Shown here in pieces: positions 9,415 through 17,242 of a stretch of DNA of 64,000 nucleotides. Source of the DNA: an uncultured Christensenellaceae bacterium (GTDB lineage Bacteria > Bacillota > Clostridia > Christensenellales > SZUA-584). Location: positions 20,132 through 84,131 of the forward strand of contig CAZSMH010000001.1 of assembly GCA_964607965.1 (NCBI GenBank). Reading direction: 5' to 3'. The position numbers and the translations under genes were made by a program. Position 1 is the stretch's first letter, and each line of letters opens with the position of its first letter. The notes under the pieces were generated by a model, which worked only from the letters and a program-made list of their open reading frames with translations, had not been told where the DNA came from and ran no database searches.

Positions 9415-10488
9415 TTAGTAATTGACGATTTCTTTAATGGTAACGTTAAGCGCTGTGCGGTCGTGCGCTAAGTCGATGTATCTCTCAGACGGTTTGCCGT
9501 CAATAAGCAGCTTAACAACAGGTCTTAAGCTGGCATTTTCATGATTCTTAACGACTATGCCCACTTCTTCAGTACTGAGCCTGATACATGTTCCGATGGG
9601 ATACGGCGCCACCTTTCGTGTAAGCGCGCTGACAACGTTCGGGTCGAACATGGTGTTGTATCCGCCCATGATATACTCAAGCGCATCGGAGGGCAGCATA
9701 GCTTTTCTATACGGTCTGTCAGCTGTTAACGCATCAAAAACATCAACTACACCCACAATACGCCCGAATGCGTGTATTTCCTCTCCCGACAGCCCGTAAG
9801 GGTAGCCTTTACCTCCGTATTGTTCATGATGCTGCAATGCCATCATTTTGGACTCTTCCGGTATGTCAAGGTAATCACAAAGATAATTATATCCGCGTTC
9901 GCTGTGTTTTTTTATTTCTTCAAATTCGTCGGGCGTAAGCCTCGCCGGCTTGTTTAGTATTTCTTTATCAATAAACATTTTGCCGGTGTCATGCAACAGC
10001 GCGCCAATCGCAAGCTGATGAAGATTTTTTTTGTTATAGCCAAGGGTAATGCCAACAACAACAGAAAGTATAGCAACATTTAGACTGTGGCTGTATGTAT
10101 AGTCATCATATGTCCTCAAATCTATCATGTTAACCATTATTTGGCTGGAATGCAGCATTTCATCAATTGTATACTGCAGCAGCTTATCAATTGTTTTCAT
10201 GCGCAGGCGGAGCGAGCCCGGACGGCTTGTGCTTGTACTGTCAAGCAACGCCTGAAGCTCATTTTTCATCGTCATTTTCAGCTCAGAGCTTACGACATCG
10301 TTGACAAAAAGGCCTTTTGATATTTCATCGTCTATATATAGGCCCTGATACCCAAGATTCTCTATTTTTTTGATAAGCGAGTCTGATAAAACCCGGCCCT
10401 TACGCAGCAGGACCCTATTCCTTGATAAAACAAGGTCTGAAGCCAGTTTATGTCCGCTGCGAAGGTGTTTAACAGGCACATATCTCAT
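9415..10488 (-). CDS. HD-GYP domain c-di-GMP phosphodiesterase with N-terminal DUF3391-like domain
   Basis: Motifs HSLNV, HDTGK, HSERGY, HHEQYGGKGYPYG, DVFDALTADRPYR. The start lies 5 nt after the cheA stop on the same strand. Confidence 0.85.
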   Translation of the reverse strand: MRYVPVKHLRSGHKLASDLVLSRNRVLLRKGRVLSDSLIKKIENLGYQGLYIDDEISKGLFVNDVVSSELKMTMKNELQALLDSTSTSRPGSLRLRMKTIDKLLQYTIDEMLHSSQIMVNMIDLRTYDDYTYSHSLNVAILSVVVGITLGYNKKNLHQLAIGALLHDTGKMFIDKEILNKPARLTPDEFEEIKKHSERGYNYLCDYLDIPEESKMMALQHHEQYGGKGYPYGLSGEEIHAFGRIVGVVDVFDALTADRPYRKAMLPSDALEYIMGGYNTMFDPNVVSALTRKVAPYPIGTCIRLSTEEVGIVVKNHENASLRPVVKLLIDGKPSERYIDLAHDRTALNVTIKEIVNY

Positions 10489-10493
10489 AAGCT

Positions 10494-12491
10494 TTAACTC
10501 ATTAGTCCGCCAACATCAAGAATAAGGCAAACACTCCCGTCTCCAAGAATTGTACAGCCAGAAATGCACTTTGTAGGTCCAAGTATTTTTGAAAGATACA
10601 TCGGCAGCGGTTTGACTACGGTCTGCTGCTCTCCGACAAGGTCGTCAACAAACAGGCAATAGGCTTGGTGCTGATCTTCGAGATGGATCAGCATTCCTTC
10701 TTCAAAATCTGTAACCGATGTTTCAATACCAAAAATTTTATGCAGACGTATAATGGGGAAACAATTGCCCCGTGTATGAATCATTTCGTTACCATCGGGG
10801 TCCTTTAAGATTTCTTTTTTATTAACCTTAAAAGCTTCTTTAATCGAAAGCAACGGTATAATAAATATACTCTGACCGACAGATACCAACATGCCGCTTA
10901 TTATTGACAAAGTAAGCGGTATGCGTATTCGTACAGATGTTCTTTGCCCGGGGGTGCTGTCAACGCTTATCGAGCCGCCGAGTTTTTCGATTTTTTTAAT
11001 TGCAACATCCATACCAACGCCGCGGCCTGAAAATTCCGTGACGTTTTCCTTTGTCGAGAAGCCCGGTGCAAAGATAAGAGAGTATGCTTCTTTGTCTGTA
11101 ACTTCGTTAGCTGGTTTTTTAATAAGACCAATTTCTATGCCTTTTTTTACAAGAGCCTCTTTATTAAGACCGCGGCCGTCATCCGATATGATTATGATAA
11201 CATCGCTTCCGGAATTAAATGCTTCAAGCGTAATTTGACCTGTAGCATCTTTCCCAAGTCTTTTGCGCTCATCGGGGTCCTCTAAACCATGATCCATTGA
11301 ATTTCGTACTATATGCATTATCGGATCTGAGAGATTATCCAATACGTTTTTGTCAAGCTCGGTATTTTCGCCTATAATTACAAGACTGGCTTGCTTATTT
11401 GTTTTTGTTGACATATCGCGGACGATGCGTTCCATTTTATGAAAAGTGGTAGAAACCGGCACCATACGGATGGACATAACAATATCCTGAAGCTCGTCAG
11501 TCAGTTTGCGGAGCTGGCGGGAAGCCTTATCAAAGCTGTCAAGGTTTAACTTTAAAACTTCGGGATTTTTTGTAACCGAAGATTCTGTAATTACAATTTC
11601 GCCGACAATATCCATAAGATTATCAAGCTTGCCTAAATTGACGCTCATATAATTCTGTTTACTTGCCACAGCAGATACTGGAGCGGCTGCCTTGCGTATT
11701 TGGGGTTCCTTGCTTTTCAAAAGAAAGGTTTTTGCTTCTGGCTGCGATTCATCTAATTCTGTAAGATTAAACTCCCTTATGAAGAATGCTTCGCAAATCT
11801 TTTTTTTGAGCGTATCATAAGATTCATCAGACAGCATATAAAGCGTAAAACCATTTTCGACAATTTCATCATCGCTGTGCTCTCCAAGAAGGTCTTGCGG
11901 TACAGTAGTGATTTTTGAACATAGTTTTTCGACCGATTTTACAATACCAAGTGCGCGTATGTTCTCCATACGGCTTTCTTTTTCAAAACATATATGCGCT
12001 TTATAACAGCTCTGGCCCTCTGATGTCTCTTTTAAATCAACAAAAAGCTGATCAGAGGTAGTGTCTACATCTTCTGTCGGACTTTCTTTTCTCTTAGTCA
12101 GTATATTAAAAAAGTTTTTAACATCTGCTGTCAATTTACTCAAATCGGCATCCGGCTTACCGGTGGTTTGTATCTTATTAAGTTCCCCTTTAATTGCGTC
12201 GAGAGAAGAAAAAACAAGATTGCATATTTTATGATAATCGTCTGCACGAGCGCTGTGTTCCCTAAGGTATCCGAAAAGGTCTTCAAGAGCGTGAGAGAGG
12301 CCAGTAATATTGTCAAAATTCATCATTGCAGAAGAACCTTTTATGGTATGCAGAATACGAAATATATCTGCAATATTATCAGAGGAAAAAACCTCTTCCT
12401 TTTCGCAGACAAGCAATAAAGATTCGAGGCTGTCTAAAAGCTGCTCATTTTCAAACAAATATACATCTAATATCGAATCATCTTTTGGCAT
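10494..12491 (-). CDS. cheA: Chemotaxis histidine kinase CheA
   Basis: Hpt motif HTIKGSS, HATPase motifs (HGLE, DDGRGL, GRGVGMD), C-terminal CheW-like P5 domain; GAAGGGAG SD. Confidence 0.95.
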   Translation of the reverse strand: MPKDDSILDVYLFENEQLLDSLESLLLVCEKEEVFSSDNIADIFRILHTIKGSSAMMNFDNITGLSHALEDLFGYLREHSARADDYHKICNLVFSSLDAIKGELNKIQTTGKPDADLSKLTADVKNFFNILTKRKESPTEDVDTTSDQLFVDLKETSEGQSCYKAHICFEKESRMENIRALGIVKSVEKLCSKITTVPQDLLGEHSDDEIVENGFTLYMLSDESYDTLKKKICEAFFIREFNLTELDESQPEAKTFLLKSKEPQIRKAAAPVSAVASKQNYMSVNLGKLDNLMDIVGEIVITESSVTKNPEVLKLNLDSFDKASRQLRKLTDELQDIVMSIRMVPVSTTFHKMERIVRDMSTKTNKQASLVIIGENTELDKNVLDNLSDPIMHIVRNSMDHGLEDPDERKRLGKDATGQITLEAFNSGSDVIIIISDDGRGLNKEALVKKGIEIGLIKKPANEVTDKEAYSLIFAPGFSTKENVTEFSGRGVGMDVAIKKIEKLGGSISVDSTPGQRTSVRIRIPLTLSIISGMLVSVGQSIFIIPLLSIKEAFKVNKKEILKDPDGNEMIHTRGNCFPIIRLHKIFGIETSVTDFEEGMLIHLEDQHQAYCLFVDDLVGEQQTVVKPLPMYLSKILGPTKCISGCTILGDGSVCLILDVGGLMS

Positions 12492-12526
12492 AAAACTCCC
12501 TTCTTTCCTGTTTGCTTATAAAGGTT

Positions 12527-12883
12527 TTACGGAAGATTGTTAAATGCCGCGACAATAACGTCTTCCTTAAATGGTTTTACTATAAAACCCTTGGCTCCGG
12601 AAAGAACGGCTTCTCTTACCATGCTCTCCTGCCCCATTGCTGAGATCATAATGATATTAGCATTAGGGTCTATAGACAATATCTTTTTTAGACTTGTGAG
12701 CCCGTCCATTTCAGGCATTGTAATGTCCATTGTCACCACATCCGGAGAAAGATCTTGGTATTTTTGAATAGCGATCTTGCCGTTCTCCGCTTCGCCGACA
12801 ACTTCATACCCGTTTTTACCGAGCATGTTTTTTATTGAGACCCTCATAAATGCTGCGTCGTCGACTATCAGAACCTTTTTCAT
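12527..12883 (-). CDS. cheY: Chemotaxis response regulator CheY
   Basis: The track ORF extends to 12940, but the ATG at 12883 has an AGGAGG SD. MKKVLIVDDAAFMR ... DVVTMDITMPEMDG ... KPF. Confidence 0.9.
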   Translation of the reverse strand: MKKVLIVDDAAFMRVSIKNMLGKNGYEVVGEAENGKIAIQKYQDLSPDVVTMDITMPEMDGLTSLKKILSIDPNANIIMISAMGQESMVREAVLSGAKGFIVKPFKEDVIVAAFNNLP

Positions 12884-12940
12884 CTTGTGCAACCTCCTGT
12901 AAAAGGTATAATTTATTGCTTTTTTAATGCCATAAGGCAT

Positions 12941-13468
12941 TTATATTGACAGAAAACCTTTAGGTACCATTGTACGTACTGATAAAACGCAGGTTTCACA
13001 GCAAAACTCGACAGAACGGCCGGAATTCCCTCCGGTGTCCTCTCCGCATATTTTTATGCCATGTTCTCCCAGTGCTTTTTTACACATTGCAATATTTCGT
13101 TGACCTACGTTCATAATATCCAGCGAATGAGATGTTTTGAACATATGAGCTCCGCCTGCCATTTTCGCTTTCAGCCTGCTTTTTACTGCACCGGCCGCTG
13201 TCAGCAGTTTCAGCATGTCTGCGATAGCGGTGTCTGCAAATTTAAAACGGTTCGTTATTGATACCGCATCTGATGCACATGGCAGCATTATATGAACCAT
13301 GCCTGCCAATCTAATTATTGGGTCGTACAGTACAAGCCCTATACACGATCCTAATCCAAGGGTAATAATTCTATCCGGCGACTGTGCTATTTTATGTTCA
13401 GCAATGCCTATTGTATAAGCCTTGGATGCAAATTCATTTTTTTCGGGTCCTGCCACGTAAGCGTTCAT
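12941..13468 (-). CDS. cheD: Chemoreceptor glutamine deamidase CheD
   Basis: TLGLGSCIGLVLYD and GGAHMF motifs; the start overlaps the cheC stop. Confidence 0.9.
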   Translation of the reverse strand: MNAYVAGPEKNEFASKAYTIGIAEHKIAQSPDRIITLGLGSCIGLVLYDPIIRLAGMVHIMLPCASDAVSITNRFKFADTAIADMLKLLTAAGAVKSRLKAKMAGGAHMFKTSHSLDIMNVGQRNIAMCKKALGEHGIKICGEDTGGNSGRSVEFCCETCVLSVRTMVPKGFLSI

Positions 13469-14091
13469 AAGAGTCCCATCTGTACCATCAATTTATTATA
13501 AGAATCTACGTCAGGTATCAAAAAGAACCGTCCGAATATACTTTGTGTCGATGTTGCAAACTCTGTTTCCATAAACAGAACTCCGTCACCATATTCCCCA
13601 TAAGCAGATATAAGAAGATTCATAACTGCCCCTGCCATATCTATAACCAATTCAGGAACTGACGCATTGATTTTAAAATTAGTCAAAGATGATATTGCAG
13701 ACAGATAAGATCCTATAAGTATATTTGATAATTCTTTAAGTGCGGACACCTGCAACTCGCTTAAATCCGCGATTTCTTCTTTGCTATCATCAGAAAGCTC
13801 TCCCAAAAGCATATTTGTCAAAAGGTTTGCATCAGGTTTATCAAGCACAAGCAGTATATAGCCGTTTAAGTCCTGGGATATTTCGACAAGAAGACCTGCA
13901 ACAACATTTTCAGGGCCTTTCAGCAAATCGCAAATTTGATTATATGCGCAAAACTGCGCTTTTGGTACACGAAGCTCAACATCATCCCCTAGCATAACCG
14001 AAAGAGCAGTTACCGCATGACCAGCACCGATATTTTCCAGTTCGCGCAAGAAGTCCAGTTGGTCGCTCGGTAAGCCTTCCAGATTGAACAT
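13465..14091 (-). CDS. cheC: CheY-P phosphatase CheC
   Basis: DFLRELENIGAGHAVTALS and ELSNILIGSYL repeats (CheC/FliY-type phosphatase motifs). Confidence 0.9.
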   Translation of the reverse strand: MFNLEGLPSDQLDFLRELENIGAGHAVTALSVMLGDDVELRVPKAQFCAYNQICDLLKGPENVVAGLLVEISQDLNGYILLVLDKPDANLLTNMLLGELSDDSKEEIADLSELQVSALKELSNILIGSYLSAISSLTNFKINASVPELVIDMAGAVMNLLISAYGEYGDGVLFMETEFATSTQSIFGRFFLIPDVDSYNKLMVQMGLL

Positions 14092-14283
14092 AACAGACCG
14101 CCTTGTAATATAATTAGTTGCTTGCTTTCTACCGCCTAATTATAACCTCCGGATTTAATAAGCTGTTGAAACTTTCAAAAAACCCGATAGATAAAAATAG
14201 AAGCCATATACCGCAACATAAGGAATATAAACAGAATTATATGGTAAGAAACGTCTATTGTACTAAAAAAGGCGGAAAAATTA

Positions 14284-15987
14284 ATGAGAATTGAACATAC
14301 CGCGACCATAATAAATATTTCTGAAAATTCCCGAGGCCAAGAACTTATACAGGGAAATGTATTGGTTGCAGAGGTAACGGGCATAGACGGGGACATGGTT
14401 ATATTAAAAAGCCGGGATGGAATGGTGCTGACGGCGAAGCTTATCAGTGATATTAGTGTTTCCGTAGGCGATTATGTAGAAACGGTTATTGACCAGGCAG
14501 GCCACGGACGCTATGTGCTGCGTATTGTAGATATAACGAGAAACTTGGCAAATAATAACGCCGATGCGAAAGATATACCGGCTGCTCATATATTTTTAAA
14601 CGCACGCGCACTGCGTGATACGCTCAATATTATGAAAATGAACCCGGGTACAGACCCTAAGGTAGCTGCATTTTTATCCCGCCACGATATAAGCGGCGCC
14701 CCAGAAAACATAAAAGTTATAACAAAGCTTACCAAAGATGCCGAGCTAGTCGGCAGACTATTGGCAGAGGCTAAAGTTCTTATAAAGCAGGAAGGAGCTA
14801 ATAATAATTCCAAACAGATTATTGATTCTATAAATAAGCCAATGCAGAACGCAGATTTATATCAGCCGCCTGAATATGACGAAGCACAGAATATAAACAA
14901 AAATTTAAAAACAGTATCAGATGCGGAAACTAAAAAAACCGATAATATATCAAAAAATTCACAGAGTACTGATTTGAAACATGTTCACTCATCCGATAAA
15001 CCAAACGTAATGCTGCAAAACGATAAATACGCGGATAAACCCAATGCGGTATATCATGCCGCTGAGTTAAAAACGGATAACAAGCTTTCGGGACAGTCAG
15101 AAAAAGCATTAACATTTGCAGAACATAATGAAGCGAATCCGGTCTATTTAAACAGTACGACGGCATCAAAAACAGAGCCAAAGACAACGGAACACATCTA
15201 TACTGCAAAAGTAGTGCCGGAAAAGGTTGGTACCGATTCATTCCAGAAGGAAGCGGATGAGACAATCCGGCAGGCGGCAACGGATTTAAAGTTAAATTCC
15301 GGTTTAAAGACAGCGGATACGAATGCTGCAGCGATATTTAAAGAAGTTAATGAATATGAAGTACAGTCAGCGCAGATATTATCTGAAAAGATAACATCAT
15401 TATTTGTTAAATTGTTTGATAAGAATAAACTTGCTGAAAATATAAAAAAAGCCGTTACCGGACTGCCTGAATATATCAAAGAACTAAAGCTTTCGCTGTT
15501 AAGGCACGATACAAATAACAAGGAAGTATTAATGCGAAAGCTTGAACCTGTCGAAAAGCAGTTGGCGCTTATATCCCAAATTAAGCATTTCGACTGTTTC
15601 CATATTCCGCTTATGCGTGCCGACGGTTCCGATACAACCGCTGAACTATATGTATACAGGAACAAAAAAAGAAAAGCGGAAGACGCAAAAGACGATGAAA
15701 GCTTTGTGATATTGATTGGTCTGGATACGCAGAATTTAGGACGGATAGAAACACTTATTAAAGCAAGCGGCAGCAAATTATCGGTTATTCTGCATATGGA
15801 AGATACAAGGCTTGCGGATGTGATTAATGACGAAATTAAGCTTTTTAAAGACACGGCAGAGGGGTTTGGATATCCAATTGTAAATGTAAGCATTGAAAAG
15901 CTGGCTTCTCATACAACAATAATTAATGCGGAAGAGCGGCTGACTATGCAGCCGGGACCCGGCTTTGGTGTGGATATAAGAATATGA
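14284..15987 (+). CDS. FliK-like protein (567 aa): C-terminal Flg_hook-like domain, low-complexity middle, unknown N-terminal beta-rich domain
   Basis: AAGGCGG SD. The C-terminal ~90 aa (NLGRIETLIKASGSKLSVILHMED...GYPIVNVSIE) follow the same pattern as FliK 47496-48938 (YLGKLNIKLVMENGNIRMAIKSGD...GITVTSIDIS). The stop overlaps the next ATG (ATGA). Confidence 0.5.
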   Translation: MRIEHTATIINISENSRGQELIQGNVLVAEVTGIDGDMVILKSRDGMVLTAKLISDISVSVGDYVETVIDQAGHGRYVLRIVDITRNLANNNADAKDIPAAHIFLNARALRDTLNIMKMNPGTDPKVAAFLSRHDISGAPENIKVITKLTKDAELVGRLLAEAKVLIKQEGANNNSKQIIDSINKPMQNADLYQPPEYDEAQNINKNLKTVSDAETKKTDNISKNSQSTDLKHVHSSDKPNVMLQNDKYADKPNAVYHAAELKTDNKLSGQSEKALTFAEHNEANPVYLNSTTASKTEPKTTEHIYTAKVVPEKVGTDSFQKEADETIRQAATDLKLNSGLKTADTNAAAIFKEVNEYEVQSAQILSEKITSLFVKLFDKNKLAENIKKAVTGLPEYIKELKLSLLRHDTNNKEVLMRKLEPVEKQLALISQIKHFDCFHIPLMRADGSDTTAELYVYRNKKRKAEDAKDDESFVILIGLDTQNLGRIETLIKASGSKLSVILHMEDTRLADVINDEIKLFKDTAEGFGYPIVNVSIEKLASHTTIINAEERLTMQPGPGFGVDIRI

Positions 15988-16289
15988 ATAAGGGCAAAGA
16001 TGAGAAGGCGCTTGAGGCCGCCGCACTAAAATACAACGCACAGTCAGATAATGCACCGTATATTTTAGCGATGGGCAAGGGCTATGTAGCGGATAAAATG
16101 ATAGAAGCAGCGCATGAATCGGGCGTGCATGTTGTGCAGGATGAGAAGCTTTCAAAAGTTTTGCAAAAGCTCAGCGTAGGCGATGAAATACCCGAGACTT
16201 TGTATCAGGTTGTGGCAGAGATACTAAGCTTTATAAGCAATATAGATGAAAAGTACGGCGCAAGGTTTGGAATTGACAAAATGCGGTGA
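15984..16289 (+). CDS. Stand-alone FlhB C-terminal-domain-like protein (EscU/YscU/FlhB-CC; B. subtilis YlqH-type)
   Basis: Aligns by eye to the last ~80 aa of the window's FlhB (AP.I.A.G..Y.A..I.E.A ... VGDE.PE..Y..VAE.L). No TM segments and no NPTH motif. Confidence 0.8.
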   Translation: MNKGKDEKALEAAALKYNAQSDNAPYILAMGKGYVADKMIEAAHESGVHVVQDEKLSKVLQKLSVGDEIPETLYQVVAEILSFISNIDEKYGARFGIDKMR

Positions 16290-16325
16290 TATATAATAAG
16301 CAATTATTGTATGAAAGGGACATTG

Positions 16326-17192
16326 ATGTCTGTATACGGTGTTGGGGCGGCACAAGCCGCAATGTTGAGGATACTGAACCAAAAGGAGCAAACGCAGAGC
16401 AGCACAGGGACGTTTGCCGATGTGTTAAACCAAAGCCTTCAAACTGGCACAGCGCAAACAGATTTATATTCAGGTTTTACAGACAGCGACATGACATCCT
16501 TGCTTCTTGTCTCTTTGCTGGGCGGCGGATCTAATATGATGATGCTAAGCCTGGGCAATGCGCTGGCGTTACAACGTAAACAACAGGCATCGCTGGCCTA
16601 TGATATACCGGCGAAAGCGCTGACACCGGTGGCGGCATCAAAGGCGGTTACGCCCGCGATATACAGCTTTCCCCAGAACAGGTCTGCAGCCCTCTATAAC
16701 CGAGTGATTGCACAGTTTTCGGTGGAAACCAATCCTAGGTACGAGGTTAACAAAAAAGGGCGCGGAGATACTTACTGCAATATTTTTGCTTGGGATGTAA
16801 CCAGTGCAATGGGCGCAGAAATACCGCATTATATTAATCCAAAAACCGGTGCTCCGATGAAGTATCCGAAGGTATCCGGAGCCCGTGAGCTTTCAGCAAA
16901 CGGCACATACAACTGGCTGCACAAGCATGGAGCAAAATACGGGTGGTATCCGGTTAGCGCCGAGGAGGCGCAAATGCTTGCAAACAGAGGTCAGCCGGTT
17001 GTGGCGTCGCTAAAAAGAAGCGGCATGAGCGGCCATATACAGATAGTGTGTCCTTCGGCGGACGGGTTATACGACCCAAAGAGAGGCGTAATGATTGCAC
17101 AAGCCGGGCGGAAACTGACAAGTTATGCCCCGATAAAGTCAATCTATAAAAAAGAGAGTCTCTCTAAAGTTGTTTATTTCGCACACAGATAA
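16326..17192 (+). CDS. Hypothetical protein: disordered N-terminus plus putative papain-like Cys/His cell-wall hydrolase domain
   Basis: The ATG at 16326 has an AAAGGGA SD; the track start 16311 has none. GDTYCNIFAWDV and SGHIQIVCP lie ~85 aa apart, resembling NlpC/P60-CHAP-type dyads. No signal peptide or TM. Confidence 0.4.
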   Translation: MSVYGVGAAQAAMLRILNQKEQTQSSTGTFADVLNQSLQTGTAQTDLYSGFTDSDMTSLLLVSLLGGGSNMMMLSLGNALALQRKQQASLAYDIPAKALTPVAASKAVTPAIYSFPQNRSAALYNRVIAQFSVETNPRYEVNKKGRGDTYCNIFAWDVTSAMGAEIPHYINPKTGAPMKYPKVSGARELSANGTYNWLHKHGAKYGWYPVSAEEAQMLANRGQPVVASLKRSGMSGHIQIVCPSADGLYDPKRGVMIAQAGRKLTSYAPIKSIYKKESLSKVVYFAHR

Positions 17193-17242
17193 GCGGCATG
17201 GATGCCGGTTAGTAATATCAAACAGACAGGAGGTTTGTGGTT

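Noticed and set aside
15198-15893. A 231-aa minus-strand ORF inside the FliK-like gene. Similar long antisense ORFs occur at 3790-4359, 33578-34096 and 57707-58360.
   Set aside because: All are Ser/Ala/Ile-rich shadow frames of well-supported plus-strand genes, without SD sequences or recognisable motifs.
16273-16297. Perfect TTGACA and TATAAT hexamers at the end of the FlhB-C-like gene, a possible internal promoter for the hydrolase gene.
   Set aside because: The spacer is only 13 nt, incompatible with sigmaA recognition, so this is likely coincidental.
17111-17136. A GAAA-N15-CCGATAA motif inside the 3' end of ORF 16326-17192, a possible sigma28 promoter for fliD.
   Set aside because: The -35 is mismatched and the spacing is 2 nt shorter than the validated-looking examples. 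It cannot be distinguished from chance.
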